Below are positions 39,501 through 51,965 of a stretch of 64,000 nt of DNA, one piece after another. Each line of letters starts with the position of its first letter. Position 1 is the stretch's first letter. Location: contig CM114271.1 of NCBI GenBank assembly GCA_050084515.1, positions 2,046,001 through 2,110,000 of the forward strand. The letters are read 5' to 3'. The DNA is from Blasia pusilla (Eukaryota). Below the pieces are notes generated by a model, which had not been told where the DNA came from, searched no databases, and worked only from the letters and a program-made list of their open reading frames with translations. The position numbers and the translations under genes are program-made.

Positions 39501-40308
39501 AAGCCATCGAGACAGCGGAGTTGGTGTCCAAGGTCGTCACCGCCAAGGACAAATCTACAACAGGTGTGAAAGCAAAGGCAAGGGGATCGAAGAATTTTGA
39601 GGCCGAGTCTTCCAAAAAAGAGGCTGAGAATTCAGACGAGAGGCGGAATCGTCCAGGTGAGCGGGGAGAGAGGGCCGGACGAGGTCCTCCGCCAAGAAAA
39701 CTCCAACAGAGTCTGAGATAATAGAGATCCCAACAAGCCGACCGCAGACTCGAGAAAAGCGGAAGCGAGAGGCGCCACGTTTGTCCCAGGGAGCAGACCA
39801 GGATGTGGAATACACTCCATCATCCTTGGGCAAACATAGAGAAACAATGACCCGGACAAGCATCATCATTCACTGCACGAATCTTCTGGATGAGTTGCAA
39901 AGTTTCAGTTCCCAAGAGTTGACACCCGCCATCGACAAATTAACAATGTTGGGATGGAAGCTTCAACGAAATGGGCACGCTCCCTACACGGTCCATGGGG
40001 AGGTCGAGGAGGTGGCCATGGATCTCCTCGTCGCTGATTTTCCCTCTGGGTTGCGCTTGTGGGATGAAAATCCGTCTGACAATGTCCCAGACTGGAATGT
40101 CCCTCTTACCTGTGACCAGATCCCGCTCATGTTTTCCTTTGCAGACGCTTATCTCAGTGACAGGGGCTATTTCTTGGTCTTAACTGGAGGAAGCAAGGAC
40201 GAGCTCTTCAACCTGCAGTGCGTGAAGAGGTCGCTGACGTGGAGGACGGTGCAATCGTGGGTCATCAAGAACGAGTTCCCACTCCGATCGGCGACGAGTC
40301 AAATCTGG
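36574..40308 (+). pseudogene. ParB-like + amino-MTase-like gene, copy A, exons 1-3
   Basis: MTRKKSQ start; IWDGNHMFMAW; MDLLVADFPSG..FADAYLSDRGYFLV; donor TGG|GTAAGG at 40308; many stops. Confidence 0.72.
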
Positions 40309-40544
40309 GTAAGGGCTCTAAATCCATATACAATTTGTCCTGCTCCGACGGTTTGCATCTCTGCATGCAACCCGTCGGATTGTCTAAGCTGGTCACTACG
40401 GTGTTGCAATCCGTCTGAAAGCGATGGGTTGCAAATTTACCACAAGTCTCTATTGGGTGAATGCAACCCGTCGGAACCGGACGGGTTGCAAGTGCTTATG
40501 CTTTTCCTTGTGTTTCTAGAATGATGCAACCCGTCTGAAAGCAA

Positions 40545-40739
40545 CGGGGGCTGGTATTCTGGCAGGAGAGAGTAAGAGAGGAGAGGAAGAGAGGAAGAGA
40601 GGAGAGTCTCTCTTAAAAAAAAAGGGCCAAATCCGCCTCCTCTCTTCAAAACTTTTTGACATATTTGAAATTTTTATTTGTTTTCAAATCCATGAAATCT
40701 TTAGAAGAGAGTAGGTAGTGGTCCACATTTGGCCCTAAA
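40545..40739 (-). mobile_element. Terminal ~195 bp of the Mutator-like right end (inferred displaced end of copy B)
   Basis: Matches 12250-12424, which is the part missing from the arm that stops at 27953. Confidence 0.85.
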
Positions 40740-41831
40740 TGGGAACGGCTCCGTCCATGATACATAATATGGATCATAGTATAGTCGACATGCCTCAATC
40801 TCCTAAGCATATATGTGGGAGAACTCATGGTAATTGTCCATGGGCACCCCCTTTAAATGCTGGAACATACCCTTCCATGTTGTAAACGGGTTGAACTCTC
40901 TAGAGTTCCTAGCCCGATGTGAGTCACACCAACTCCTAAACTCCGCAATAAAGTCATGTAGCTCTATAGTGCCTACAGCACCCAAAAACCTACGTAGTCC
41001 TCTACCTCGGTCGTCCATCTCGTACGCCCAACTGGTAGGACCACTCAATGTATACGGTGGATCACTAACACACTCCTCTACACATTTCCCCTCGTCTGAA
41101 GACGAAACAGAAGGAGATCAAGGTGGTCTCTCACATGGAGACCCTCAAAACCTCGCACCCCTCTGGATAAACCCTCCAGAGCTACTCTCAGGTCCACTAC
41201 CTTGCCTCTCAAAATCCTGAAAGGACACAGTGATGACCCTTGTGCCCCTCTCACATGATCACTCTCAATCTTGCGAGTAATTCCTCAATCACTCAAACTA
41301 AACATGCAGCACTCAATCTACCTACTCTCATTAAGATGTGTGTTGTGCGGCAACAAGCTGCGTGGTGCGGAAAATCAACTGATCTATCGTCTCATCGACA
41401 AACCATCCTCATTTTTGGACATCCCACACAGGTTTATATCCCCTAAACCCATACATCATCGATGCTCTCAGCATCACGACGAAACCCAATATCCCAAATA
41501 ACTTCCCATCACCCGAAAATCCCTAACACGTGTAGGAAAAAAGACTAGAATGAGTAACTTAACAATAAATATCGATAAAGCTCCACAGCAAGTGCAAATC
41601 TTCACCCCTACTCGGTCGTAAGGACAACTCCTCCAAGTATCATGTCGTACTTCCGTGATACTGACAATGCACGAATCTCCTCGATGTGTAGTGTAGGTCC
41701 AACGGTTCGGCGCGACACTACGGTTTGGAATGACTATAAATGGCACGGCACTCAGGAATGGAGTGTAGCACTCGGCGCCATACCCTCCTCAGTCAACAAA
41801 ATGTAATCTGCTCCTAGTGATGGTGCGGCTC
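40740..41831 (-). mobile_element. Gypsy D 5' leader and gag N-terminus
   Basis: SGPTSWAYEMDDRGRG..FRSWCDS..YVSWTEPFP; reverse-complement match to 46776-47878. Confidence 0.85.
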
Positions 41832-42916
41832 TGTTCTAGTGTGGAGAGCCTTTCTTTGAGTGAGGACGGACCTTCTAGTTACAACGGACGTGGCTGATGC
41901 AAGTCAAACTCTATAAGAATTTCTCTTTTTTCAATACAGAATTATTATGTAAGCCCACCATTCTCTCATGATAGGAATCATGAATGGTAGTGTCGAGGCG
42001 ATCACTTCTTCATAATATGGAATCCCGAAATTCCTAACTATGAAGTTCTTGTAAACTACTTTACGTTTGTACACAAGGAAAATACCACAACTAGTGTTAA
42101 ACCCTAATCGAGCAAGCCTATTGACGTTCATGGATAGCTATATAAGGGCATACAAAGTGCAATCCCATGTCCTTCCGTATATGACTATAGGAAGAATCAC
42201 GGGAGTTGAAGATTGCATGACTTGATTCATGAACACGTCCCCAAAGTGATAAACTAGATAGCGAGTGAACCAGTGCCTATCTACAAAGGCAATCTTAACG
42301 TGGTACGGGTTAAGGAAAGGAAAATCCGGCACAACTTGTGCTCCATCCCTATCCACACTTGACAAACATCCTCTACTCTCATCTAGAATGGGATTTGGCG
42401 GAGTTGCTCTCCAAAGAGGGCTAATCCACTCTCATTGGGAAAATAACAAGCCAAACCATCCTCTATTTCTATTATGACTAAACTCATCTAAGGTGACAAG
42501 TCTTTCATCTCCACATATACCACACTCTATAAACCTCTTGAAGAATAGACCAAGGTCAAGTTGCTCTCCCAAGAGGGGTAATCCACTCTCATTGGAAGAG
42601 CAAGCAATCCCAAAGCCATACACTCAAGAGTGACACAAGAGACTCAAGATATGAAGTAGAAGGTGATAAAACCCTTGAAGGTCTCTCCTCTTTATATACT
42701 TACAAGAGATCCACAAGATTACGAAATAAGACTAATCTTATCTTGTGCCACATGGCTTCCTCTCAAGGCTTAGCCAATCATATTTTGCCCCGGAAAACCT
42801 ACTCTCTCAGGTTTCCCGGGGCCTCAGTAGGTCATCATTAACCTCCTGAGTCTATCCTCCACTACTCGTGAAGGCGCTCTACTAGATTGCACCGATCTAT
42901 CCAAAAAGACGTGACA
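41832..42916 (-). repeat. LTR-like sequence (~1085 bp) without TSD
   Basis: Minus strand TGTCAC...AGAACA; its first ~100 bp resemble 45034-45130; it truncates gypsy D exactly at its boundary. Confidence 0.65.
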
Positions 42917-43442
42917 GATGAGTATCTTTTTGCATGTGCATATGTATATGCATATCGTGCAAGTAACTTGCATCTATGTTATGAGACCTTCGCGATTGAG
43001 CTAGTCTTTATGACTGGGAATTTTTTGGCGAGCATTCTAAATATTTCAAGTGCTTACAACTGTAACAGAAGCCTTACATTTTTTTGCAAGTATTCCAAAA
43101 TTCTGGAGTGTAAGAAACCATACGAGTCCAAATTGGTTATTACTCTCAAAATACGTGAGAAGTTTATTAGTGAGTGATGTGTGGGCCCTGAAAACTCCCC
43201 CTATATGTCAATAAATGATTGGGATGACTATCTAGAGAGAATTTTAGAATGGAGGGAAAATTTTGAGTAACTACATTCAAACAATGATTTTTCACTTCAC
43301 ATCCAATCGTTGTCATTGAGTGATATTTTTGCCCAAAAGTTTGTGGCAAAATCACTTAAGAGTGTTGTGGAGCAAGATATATGGGTATTAACAACATCAA
43401 CATCCAAGAATTGGGATATGGCAAGTTGGAGGTTCATATGGA

Positions 43443-43560
<118 letters not shown>

Positions 43561-44785
43561 TTCCAATGATCTCTAGCGACTCTAAAGGGGACATGCTCTT
43601 CTAGACAAGGGTGAGCACATGAATTCTAAAAGGCCTTTAAGAGCATATCAATTATTTAGTTATTTTTATTTATTTTGGATATTTCCTTATTATTTAAAAG
43701 AGTTCTAGCATTTGAAAATATTTCGGCTTAATTTGTGACAATACCTAACTTACGACACTCATCTAGAATCCGATGATTGCCCCAATAAGAAGACATATGA
43801 GCATACCTTTGAAGACTGGTACATCCTTCCAACCTTGGTATGTTAGAAAATAACTTCCACGAATCTTCATAGTTATAATTTATGGGCTATTTTTATTTCA
43901 AGAACTAACATTGCCTATAATCCCATTTGATGCCGTACTAGCAGTAGGAAGGAGACGTGGGGTTGCTTAGAAATGCTCCAAAAATCCATATAGATGTCAT
44001 ACTGAAGGTCTAGGAGATTGCAAGGGATAAGTTCAGGTTGATGAGGAGGATGACTTGTCAATTGGAGTTGGATAGAGAGTCCATATCGCAAAGTTTTGAG
44101 GAGGGAGGACGTGGATGCCAATGTGGATGACCTCAAGGTTGATATAGAGATGCATATGGCATGCTCGGTAGCATGTGCATAATTAGATGTCATGGAGTGC
44201 AGTGGTAGGGACTCTAAGTAAGATATATTGTACATATGGGATGAACAAGGGGACGAGTTGTAAATTACTTCTAAGAACTCAAAATTTTGTATACCACCAT
44301 TTTGGGTACACTTAATGTTTTCCAACTCTTGACCTTAATTTTCATGATATAATGTTGTTGATTTTCTCATCAAATCATTTATACTTTGAAACTTCTTGGG
44401 AATAAATTTCAAAATATATTTGCAAGTATTTTCCGATTTTCTTGCGAGTATGCACTTGCAATTTACTTCACTTTTACGCATACTAGAAGGCACAAATTAC
44501 TCATTCAAGACTTGTAAGACCCTCACACATTTGTGAGCACATCTCTTACAACACTCTCACAAAGTAGCATCTTGGACTAAAAGTTTTGGAGTATCTAGTG
44601 AATGCTTTTATTTTATTTTATGAATGCTTTGAAAGTCTTCTACGTGTGTAAGAAATGGCCCTTCAGACTCCCCTATTGTGAGTGTGTTCTATACACACAT
44701 AAACAAAAGATATCAAACTCACTCATGACATCTTCAAACATAGATGATCATGTACCAAAATATCCCTAGGTAAGATTATTGATCA

Positions 44786-44942
<157 letters not shown>

Positions 44943-45033
44943 AACTTTCTTTGTCATTTTTCATACGATTCGTTCCTCATTGGAATATGGTGCAACAGTA
45001 TGGGATACCAACACCAAACAAAGGGAGAGGCTT

Positions 45034-45912
45034 TGTCACAACTTTTTAGGATATATCGGAGAGATCTGGTAGAGCGTCTTTGCGAGTAGAGTAGGACAAG
45101 CTCATGAGGTCGAGGATGACCTGCTAAAGTCAAAGGTAACTTGCGAGATCAGGTTTTCCCTTTGTTTCGGCTCATTTGGAGCCATATAGAGAAACTTACT
45201 ATTTTTGGTAATTTTCCATTTGGAGCATAGTTGACTTTCCACTTTGGGAAGTGGATCTTGACCCGCTACAGTAGGTCAAGAGCCAAGGAGATGACCTGGA
45301 AGCATAGGTTACCGAGGAGAGAGCTTGGGAGAGGGAAGGGGATATACCTCAATGAGAGAGAGTTTGAGAGCTCATTCTCTCTTTGTTGAATCTCTTGGCA
45401 CAAGGTGGTGTAGCTATGGTCCCTTGCCTTGTGAGTGTAACCCAAGCCTCTCATGAGGAGAGTGGGTTTGGTTTGAAATGAGAGAGATTGCACACATTTG
45501 AGAGCTATGGTGTTGAGAGAGATTAGATCTACTTGACTTGCAAAAAGAGAATGAGTGAGCTATGGTGTTGAATGAGATTAGATCTTCATGGGGGAGCTCG
45601 CTCATCACTCGCTGGTTTTATAGGTTGGGGATTGTATTCCCCATGTAGCGGTTCATGGGAGTGCTCACCAGAGCAAGAGCCGCTTACTTTTGATGTTTCC
45701 TTTGGCGATTTTTCGTGTGGAAGAGTGGCGCACGGAAGCACTGCCCAAGTTTTGATAGGGATTGAGTATGGGGGTGGATTGCCCCATGCTGGTGCTCCCA
45801 AGAGCACCATGTAGCTTTCTGATTTGTATTTTCACAGGTTTTACATTCTCGTTGGGAGAAAGAAGCGCTGCCAAATTTTGCTAAGGAGACAGAGACGTTG
45901 GGCTGCACAACA
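45034..45912 (+). repeat. LTR-like sequence related to 41832-42916 (3' boundary uncertain)
   Basis: Starts TGTCACAAC after purine tract AAAGGGAGAGG; similar 5' end; candidate end CACAACA. Confidence 0.45.
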
Positions 45913-46399
45913 GTCCCTGTCAGTTTTTGGTGGAAAATCAAATGGAGAAACCAATTGACAAGGTTGTAGATCGGGAAGTGGTATACGGTGCTAAAGAAAT
46001 GGTGCACAATTTGGAGATTGGAGCATGGAGTATGATCATTTTTGTTGGGCTGCCATAGCCACCGTTCCAAGGTGTGAATGAAATTTCAAAAATTTTGGGT
46101 AGATATTCTTTCTTGAGAGATAGAAAAAAAATCAGTTTACTTGGTGGATAGGACAAGTGAATTCAGTTATTTGGAGGTAGGGTGAGTAGATCCCATTTTT
46201 GTGGGATGTTGATCCTCAATCTTAGGAGGGATTTGTGGTAAGGCATTCAATTTATAGACCTATGAGGAAGGGGGCTGTCAAGTAAGGAAAGATAGTGGAG
46301 ATCCAATTTTCCTGGGGAGTTATTCTAGTTAAAAAAGAAATATAAAAAAATTAGCGGGGGACAATATTTGTCCTACCACGTCCTAGCCAACTGTCCCGG

Positions 46400-49300
46400 A
46401 GACGCGCAAACCGGTTGTGGACTTGCTACCGCCGTTGTATGTTGTGTGGTTCATCGACGCTTTTAGGGCCGCTACCAGGTTGTCAGACCTCCTGGTGCCA
46501 AAAAACTATTGAGCCGCCCCGCAACCATGTGCTCCTCCGTCCAACCCTGCGTTACTGCCGCCCGTAGAGCCGGGCGTTTGAATCTCTATCCTAGACCACT
46601 GCGGCTGCTTGTGTTCACTAGCGACCGTTTTCATTTTTGGATTGATGAGGTCGTTGTGTTCCATCCGCTTTGTTATGCCGTGATTTGTAGCCGCTTGAGG
46701 ATGATCGAGTACCATGTTGTGACGCCTATAGCCACGCCGTGCCGCTTGTGGCGGCACCGCACCGTCTCGATCGCCGAGCCGCACCATCATTGGAGAGCAG
46801 AGCGTGTATTGTTGTTGAGGAGGGCATGCCGCTGGGTGCCGCACCCTATTACCGAGTGCCGTGCTATTTTTAGCCATTCCGTGTTGCGAGTGCCGCACCG
46901 TACCGTTGGACCCGCACTGCACATCGAGGAGATTTGAGCATTGTCAATACTAGAGGAGTACAACTTGCTGCTTGGAGGAGTTGTCTTTACGACCGAGTTG
47001 GGGTCGAGATTTGCAGTTGCTGAGGAGTGACATCGATATTTATTGTCAGGTTATCCATTCTAGTCTTTTGCCTTGCACGTGTTAGGGATTTTTGGGTATT
47101 GGGAAGTTATTTGGGGATATTCGATTTTGAATGTGTGTGATGCAGATGCTGAGAGCATCATTGATGTATGGGTTTAGGGGACATAGATCTGTATGGGATG
47201 TCAAGAGTTGAGGGTATGTCCTATCATGAGATGATAGGATAGTAGTCTATTTTCCGCACCGCACCACTTGTTGCCATACAGCACACGTCTTAGTGAGAGA
47301 GTGTGGATTGAGTGCCTCCTATTTAGTTGAATGCTTTAGTGATTACTTGCGAGGTTGAGAGTGATTGTGTGAGGGGGGCACGAGGGTTATCACGGCATCC
47401 TTCTGGGGCTTTGAGAGGCGAGGTGGTGGACTTGAGAGTAGCTCTAGAGGGTTGATCCGGAGTGGTGCGAGGTTTCGAGAGTTTCCACATGAGAGACCAC
47501 CTCGATCTTCTTCTTTGTCGTCTTTAGACAAGGGGAGGGAGGAGGAGTGTGCTAGTGATCCACTATACACATTGAGTGGTTCCACCAGTTGGGCGTACGA
47601 GATGGACGATCGGGGTAGAGGACCGTGTAGGTTTTCGGGTTGTATAGGCACTATAGAGTTATACGACTTCATTACGGAGTTTAGAAGTTGGTGTGACTCA
47701 CAGCGGGCTAGGAACTCCAGAGAGTTCAACCCATTTACAGCATGGAATGGAATGTTCCAGCAATTAGAGGGGGCACCCATGGACGATTACCATGAGTTCT
47801 CGCAGAGATATGCCCATGAGATTGAGACTTGGAGATTACTATGACCCACATTATGTGTCATGGACTGAGCCATTTCCAGATAAGGAGGAGGAGTTAGGAG
47901 AGGGTTCCTCCACCAGTGATGTTGTAGGAGGGGTGATTCGCATTGGAGCAGTTGCATCGTCCAATCGAGTTTGTATCAAGTTCAACCCCGTGGTTGAGTT
48001 CTTCGCTGAGTTGAGGGAGAGCTACCAAGGGGTACAAACGGAGAAGTTGCAGAGCATCCACGACTTCCAGAGGCGACCAATTTAGAGTTTGCGTGAGGCC
48101 TACACCCGCTTGCGCTGGTTGATTAACGTCACTCAAGGGGTGACAAAGACTTAGGCTATCCAATCATGGTATGCGATGGTAACCGAACCCTGCGGACATG
48201 TGTGCGAGAGGAGGTTCTTCTTATGAACACGTCCCCTACGTTGAGAGATGTTTTTAGGACCGCCGAGAATATTGAGCAACATGGCAGAGGAGACCGTAGC
48301 TACCATGGGTTGTGGGCGAGAGCAGTCACGAATGCCTGCACCACCAATGCAGCAACGTGGATTCCAAGTATAGGTTTGTGGCACCACGAGCATCGATGAG
48401 GACCCTATCGATGGATCTTCATCAGAGTTCCCGGAGAGTTGGTGATATTGTTGGTATGCACGCACAGAGGGCAATGGGAGAAGCGAGTATGATGATGCCT
48501 ATTGCTGATGCTCAGGGGGAGCATGTGTTGAGTACGATGTTGGGGGCGACCATGATGGTGTGTCGTGCTCCGCTGTTTTCTGCTTCCGATGTTATGATAT
48601 TGGGAGATATGTCAACCGAGGTGTTCTGGCTGGCGGCTGCGCTATGTGAAGGTGGAGATGGAGTTCCTACATCACGTTCAAAGATGATTGCAAAGGAGGT
48701 GATGGATCTGCCCTTGGAGCTTATGCTCGGGCCTTCCATGTCAGATTCATGGCAGGCAGCGGCTGCTAGGTTGGCGGAGATGCCCGCGATAGAGCGTGCC
48801 ATGGCTTCTCCTGGTGTTTTTTTGTTGGATAATCGGGGAGAGGTCTTCCAATTGGTGAGTCCAGGAGAGCTTTTAGTCCATTTGCACAGAGGAACCCGAG
48901 CTAGCCGAGAGTGCTATGATGACGCCCTTGGATACCACATCCATTGTGGCGCATCCCAGAGGAGGGTATTCGGGTGTTGGATCTCTTTGGAGGGATTAGC
49001 ACTGGGTTAGCTGTTGTTTTGCAGGAAAGAGTATGCGTACAACAATAGATGTACATGGAGATTGATAATGTTGCGAGGCGCGCTTCACTTCACCATGTGG
49101 CACAATTATGCCTCCGTTTTCCCAACTTGTTGTTTGCGTCCGTTGTCGAGGGATACTAAAATTCCCTACCGAGGGATATTTCATTGTTGGGGGGGCAAGA
49201 CTTGGAGCGGGTAGGGACCATAGACTTGGTCATTGCTCGTTGGCCGTGTCAAGGCCAGTCGGGTGTTGGGCGGGATAGTAGATTAGCTGACTCATGTCTA

Positions 49301-51965
49301 GGTTGTTTTGGGAGATGATGCGGATCTTGCAACATTTACAGGAGCATCAGTCCCGTCCTTCACCATACATTCTAGAGAATGTGCCAATTTTGGGCGATTT
49401 GAGGTTCCGCGTGGTGACAAATGCACATAAGGTGCGTGCGTGGATTGACTCGGCAGTATTGCTGGATGCGGCGAGTGTAGGTTCACGAGCAGATCGCCCG
49501 CATCTTTGGTGGACCAACTTGGTAACACTTGAGGTTTTGCGGAGGGCGTATGCTAGAGTGGAGTGCATTTGTTGGTGGATTCTATTCTGGATCCAGGTCG
49601 TCAATCACAGACAATGAGGCACGATGATCGACAGCCGTTGATTGTGGTCAACACAATTGGCATGCCACGGGCAGCCTTTCCCATATTTGTGAGTTTTCCC
49701 GCTTTCTATGCATTCAAGGAGGCTAGACGTGGCTTGGGTTGGGATGATCAGGTCGAGTGGTTGGTGGAGCCCCACGCCAATGAGCGAGAGCGAGCGATGG
49801 GATTCCCCACAAGGATGACGGTAGTACCGTCACTATCAGAGGCATCACGACGTCATGTCTTGGGTAAGATGTTGGACCTGAATTGCTTGACATGGATTTT
49901 TAGCTTAGGAGTAGCTGAGCAACATCGTTTGAGATTGCGACAAATGACAGTTGTTGTGTTGGTGAGCCCCATGCCTACCAAGACGGTTGAGGCAGTGGCT
50001 GGGGATGAGACCCGAGGAGATCGATACACCATGGGTGATTGAGAGAGACACCCTTGGATTTCTTGGGATGTGTTGCAGGTATGTTGGGAGATGATAGCTA
50101 TAGCATCGAGCGTGGTTCTGGATACTACACGTGAAGGAGATTCGATTTTGCAATTGGGTGTAAGACAACACTTGAGTTTGATTGTCCGAGACGGGATTGC
50201 ACCATAGCAACCATTGACACCCACGCCGGAGAGTCCTACCGTAGTCACGATGGAGACTTGGGAGCCAAACATGGGCCCTAAGTTGATAGGAGGAGAGCGG
50301 TGCCAGATACATCAGTTCCTAAGGAGTTATAGGAGTTTTTTTGCATTTAGCAGGCATGATTTGGGTACACTGAAGGGTCTAGGGATTCGCATTGAGTTGT
50401 CGAGTGACACGCCGATCTTCTGACGACTCTACAGGTATAGTGACAATGAGAGGGCTCTGATACAGAGTAGGAGCCATGACTTGGTGGGAGTAGGACTAGT
50501 GGAGATGTCACATGGAGAGTATGCATGTGCCACTATCATGCCTACCAAGAAGGATGTGCATGGCAACTGGACGAATAGGCGGATGTGTGGAGATTACCGA
50601 CCCATCAATCGGTAGACAAAGTCAGATAGGTATGTTGTGCCCATCCCCAAGGAGATCTTTGATGCGATTGGGCATGCAAAGGTCTTCAATTCATTGGATT
50701 TGTGAGGCGGATACCATCAGTTGCCTATCAGATTGGAGGACAAGAACAAGACAACACTTTGGGGCATCGATGCTCACGGGAAGGATTGTTTGTACCAGTG
50801 GTGGTTCTTACCATTCGGGTTAAAGAACGCCCCAACTGAGTTTTAGAGGGTCATGGATAGGATCTTGGTAGGTATGGATTTTGCTAGATGTTATATTGAT
50901 GACATCGTAGTCTTTAGCGTCACGGTTGAGGAGCATGAGCGATATCTAGAGGAGGTGTTTCAACAAGTATAGTTACATGGGCTAAAGCTACATCTAGGCA
51001 AGTGCAAGTTCTTCTACAACCAGATTGAGTACTTGGGTCATACGATATACCCAGGGGGCCTTGGTGTGCAGCAGACAAAGATAGAGGCTATTTCACGCAT
51101 TCCACGCCGTACAGATATGAGTCGAGTTCGTGCATTCATGGGATTGGCAAACTTCTATCAACGGTACGTCAAGGGTTTCAGTTTGATTGCGAAGCCGCTG
51201 ACCTTGGTAACCAAGGTGGATCAGGAGTGGCACTAGGGGGATGAGCAGGAGAGAGCATTTCAACTCTCAAGGACTGATTTATGTCCGCGCCCATATTGAG
51301 GAGACCGATCAAGGGGCATTCTTTCTAGTTGCATACAGATTGGAGCATGTTGGGGCTTGGAGTCGTGCTCACCCAACATGACGATGAGGGTAGAGAGTTT
51401 GTGATGGCTTACTCTAGTCCCTTGAACAACATTGCAGAGGCAAAGTATAGCTCGTATGAGGGTGAGTGCTTGGCTGCGGTGTGGGCTATCGCACATTTCA
51501 AGTGTTATCTATTCGGCAATCCCTTTACCATCAATACTGATCATCAGCCACTTAAGTGGTTGATGGAGTCCGACAAGCTTAAAGGGATGCTTGCGAGGTG
51601 GGCTCTTTTATTGCAGGAGTATGACTTCCAAGTGGTGCAAAGACCTAGGATGCTCAACCAGTATGCAGATGGTTTGAGCCATAACCCATGCCTGAGTCAA
51701 CAAGATGCAACTAGAGCTCGTTGGCATGGTGAGAGTGATAAGGAGTTGGTGCCAAGATGGCACGCGTTAGCCTATTTGGGCTTGTTGGCTATGGAGAGCC
51801 AGATTACTGAGACTTTGATGGCAAGGTCTGATGGAGAGTTCTTAGATCCAGGGGCCAATTAGGAGATGACAGGTGGCAGAGACATTCACGACGATGGAAT
51901 GATCTTGGAGTACCTGCCTATTGGCAGCGTCGCGAGCACAATGGGTGCTAGAGAGCGGGATCGGA
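46400..51965 (+). mobile_element. Ty3/gypsy F with C5 methyltransferase (decayed; start approximate; interrupted at 51965 by gypsy E)
   Basis: gag ~47365-48300; protease deleted near 48870; MTase ~48900-49930; RT (RMCGDYRP, PFGLKNAP, YIDDI); RNase H (TDWS, YEGECLA, TDHQPL). Confidence 0.88.
48900..49930 (+). pseudogene. DNMT3-like C5 methyltransferase domain in gypsy F
   Basis: RVLDLFGGISTGL, DLVIARWPCQ, YILENV, GSRADRPHLWWTN, ERERAMGF (IX), RRHVLGKMLD (X); frameshifts. Confidence 0.85.

Larger units (their letters stand above)
31034..40544. mobile_element. Mutator-like element copy A, left end to intron 3
   Basis: Left terminus GAGGTGCGGTAAGAG identical to 59506; flanked by TTATGAGGG (31025-31033), the reverse complement of 12241-12249. 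Confidence 0.88.

Noticed and set aside
31034-40544. Helitron, CACTA or hAT identity for the DNA element
   Set aside because: No Rep/helicase motifs, no CACTA or hAT termini; the 9-bp TSD and DDE/SWIM pattern fit Mutator
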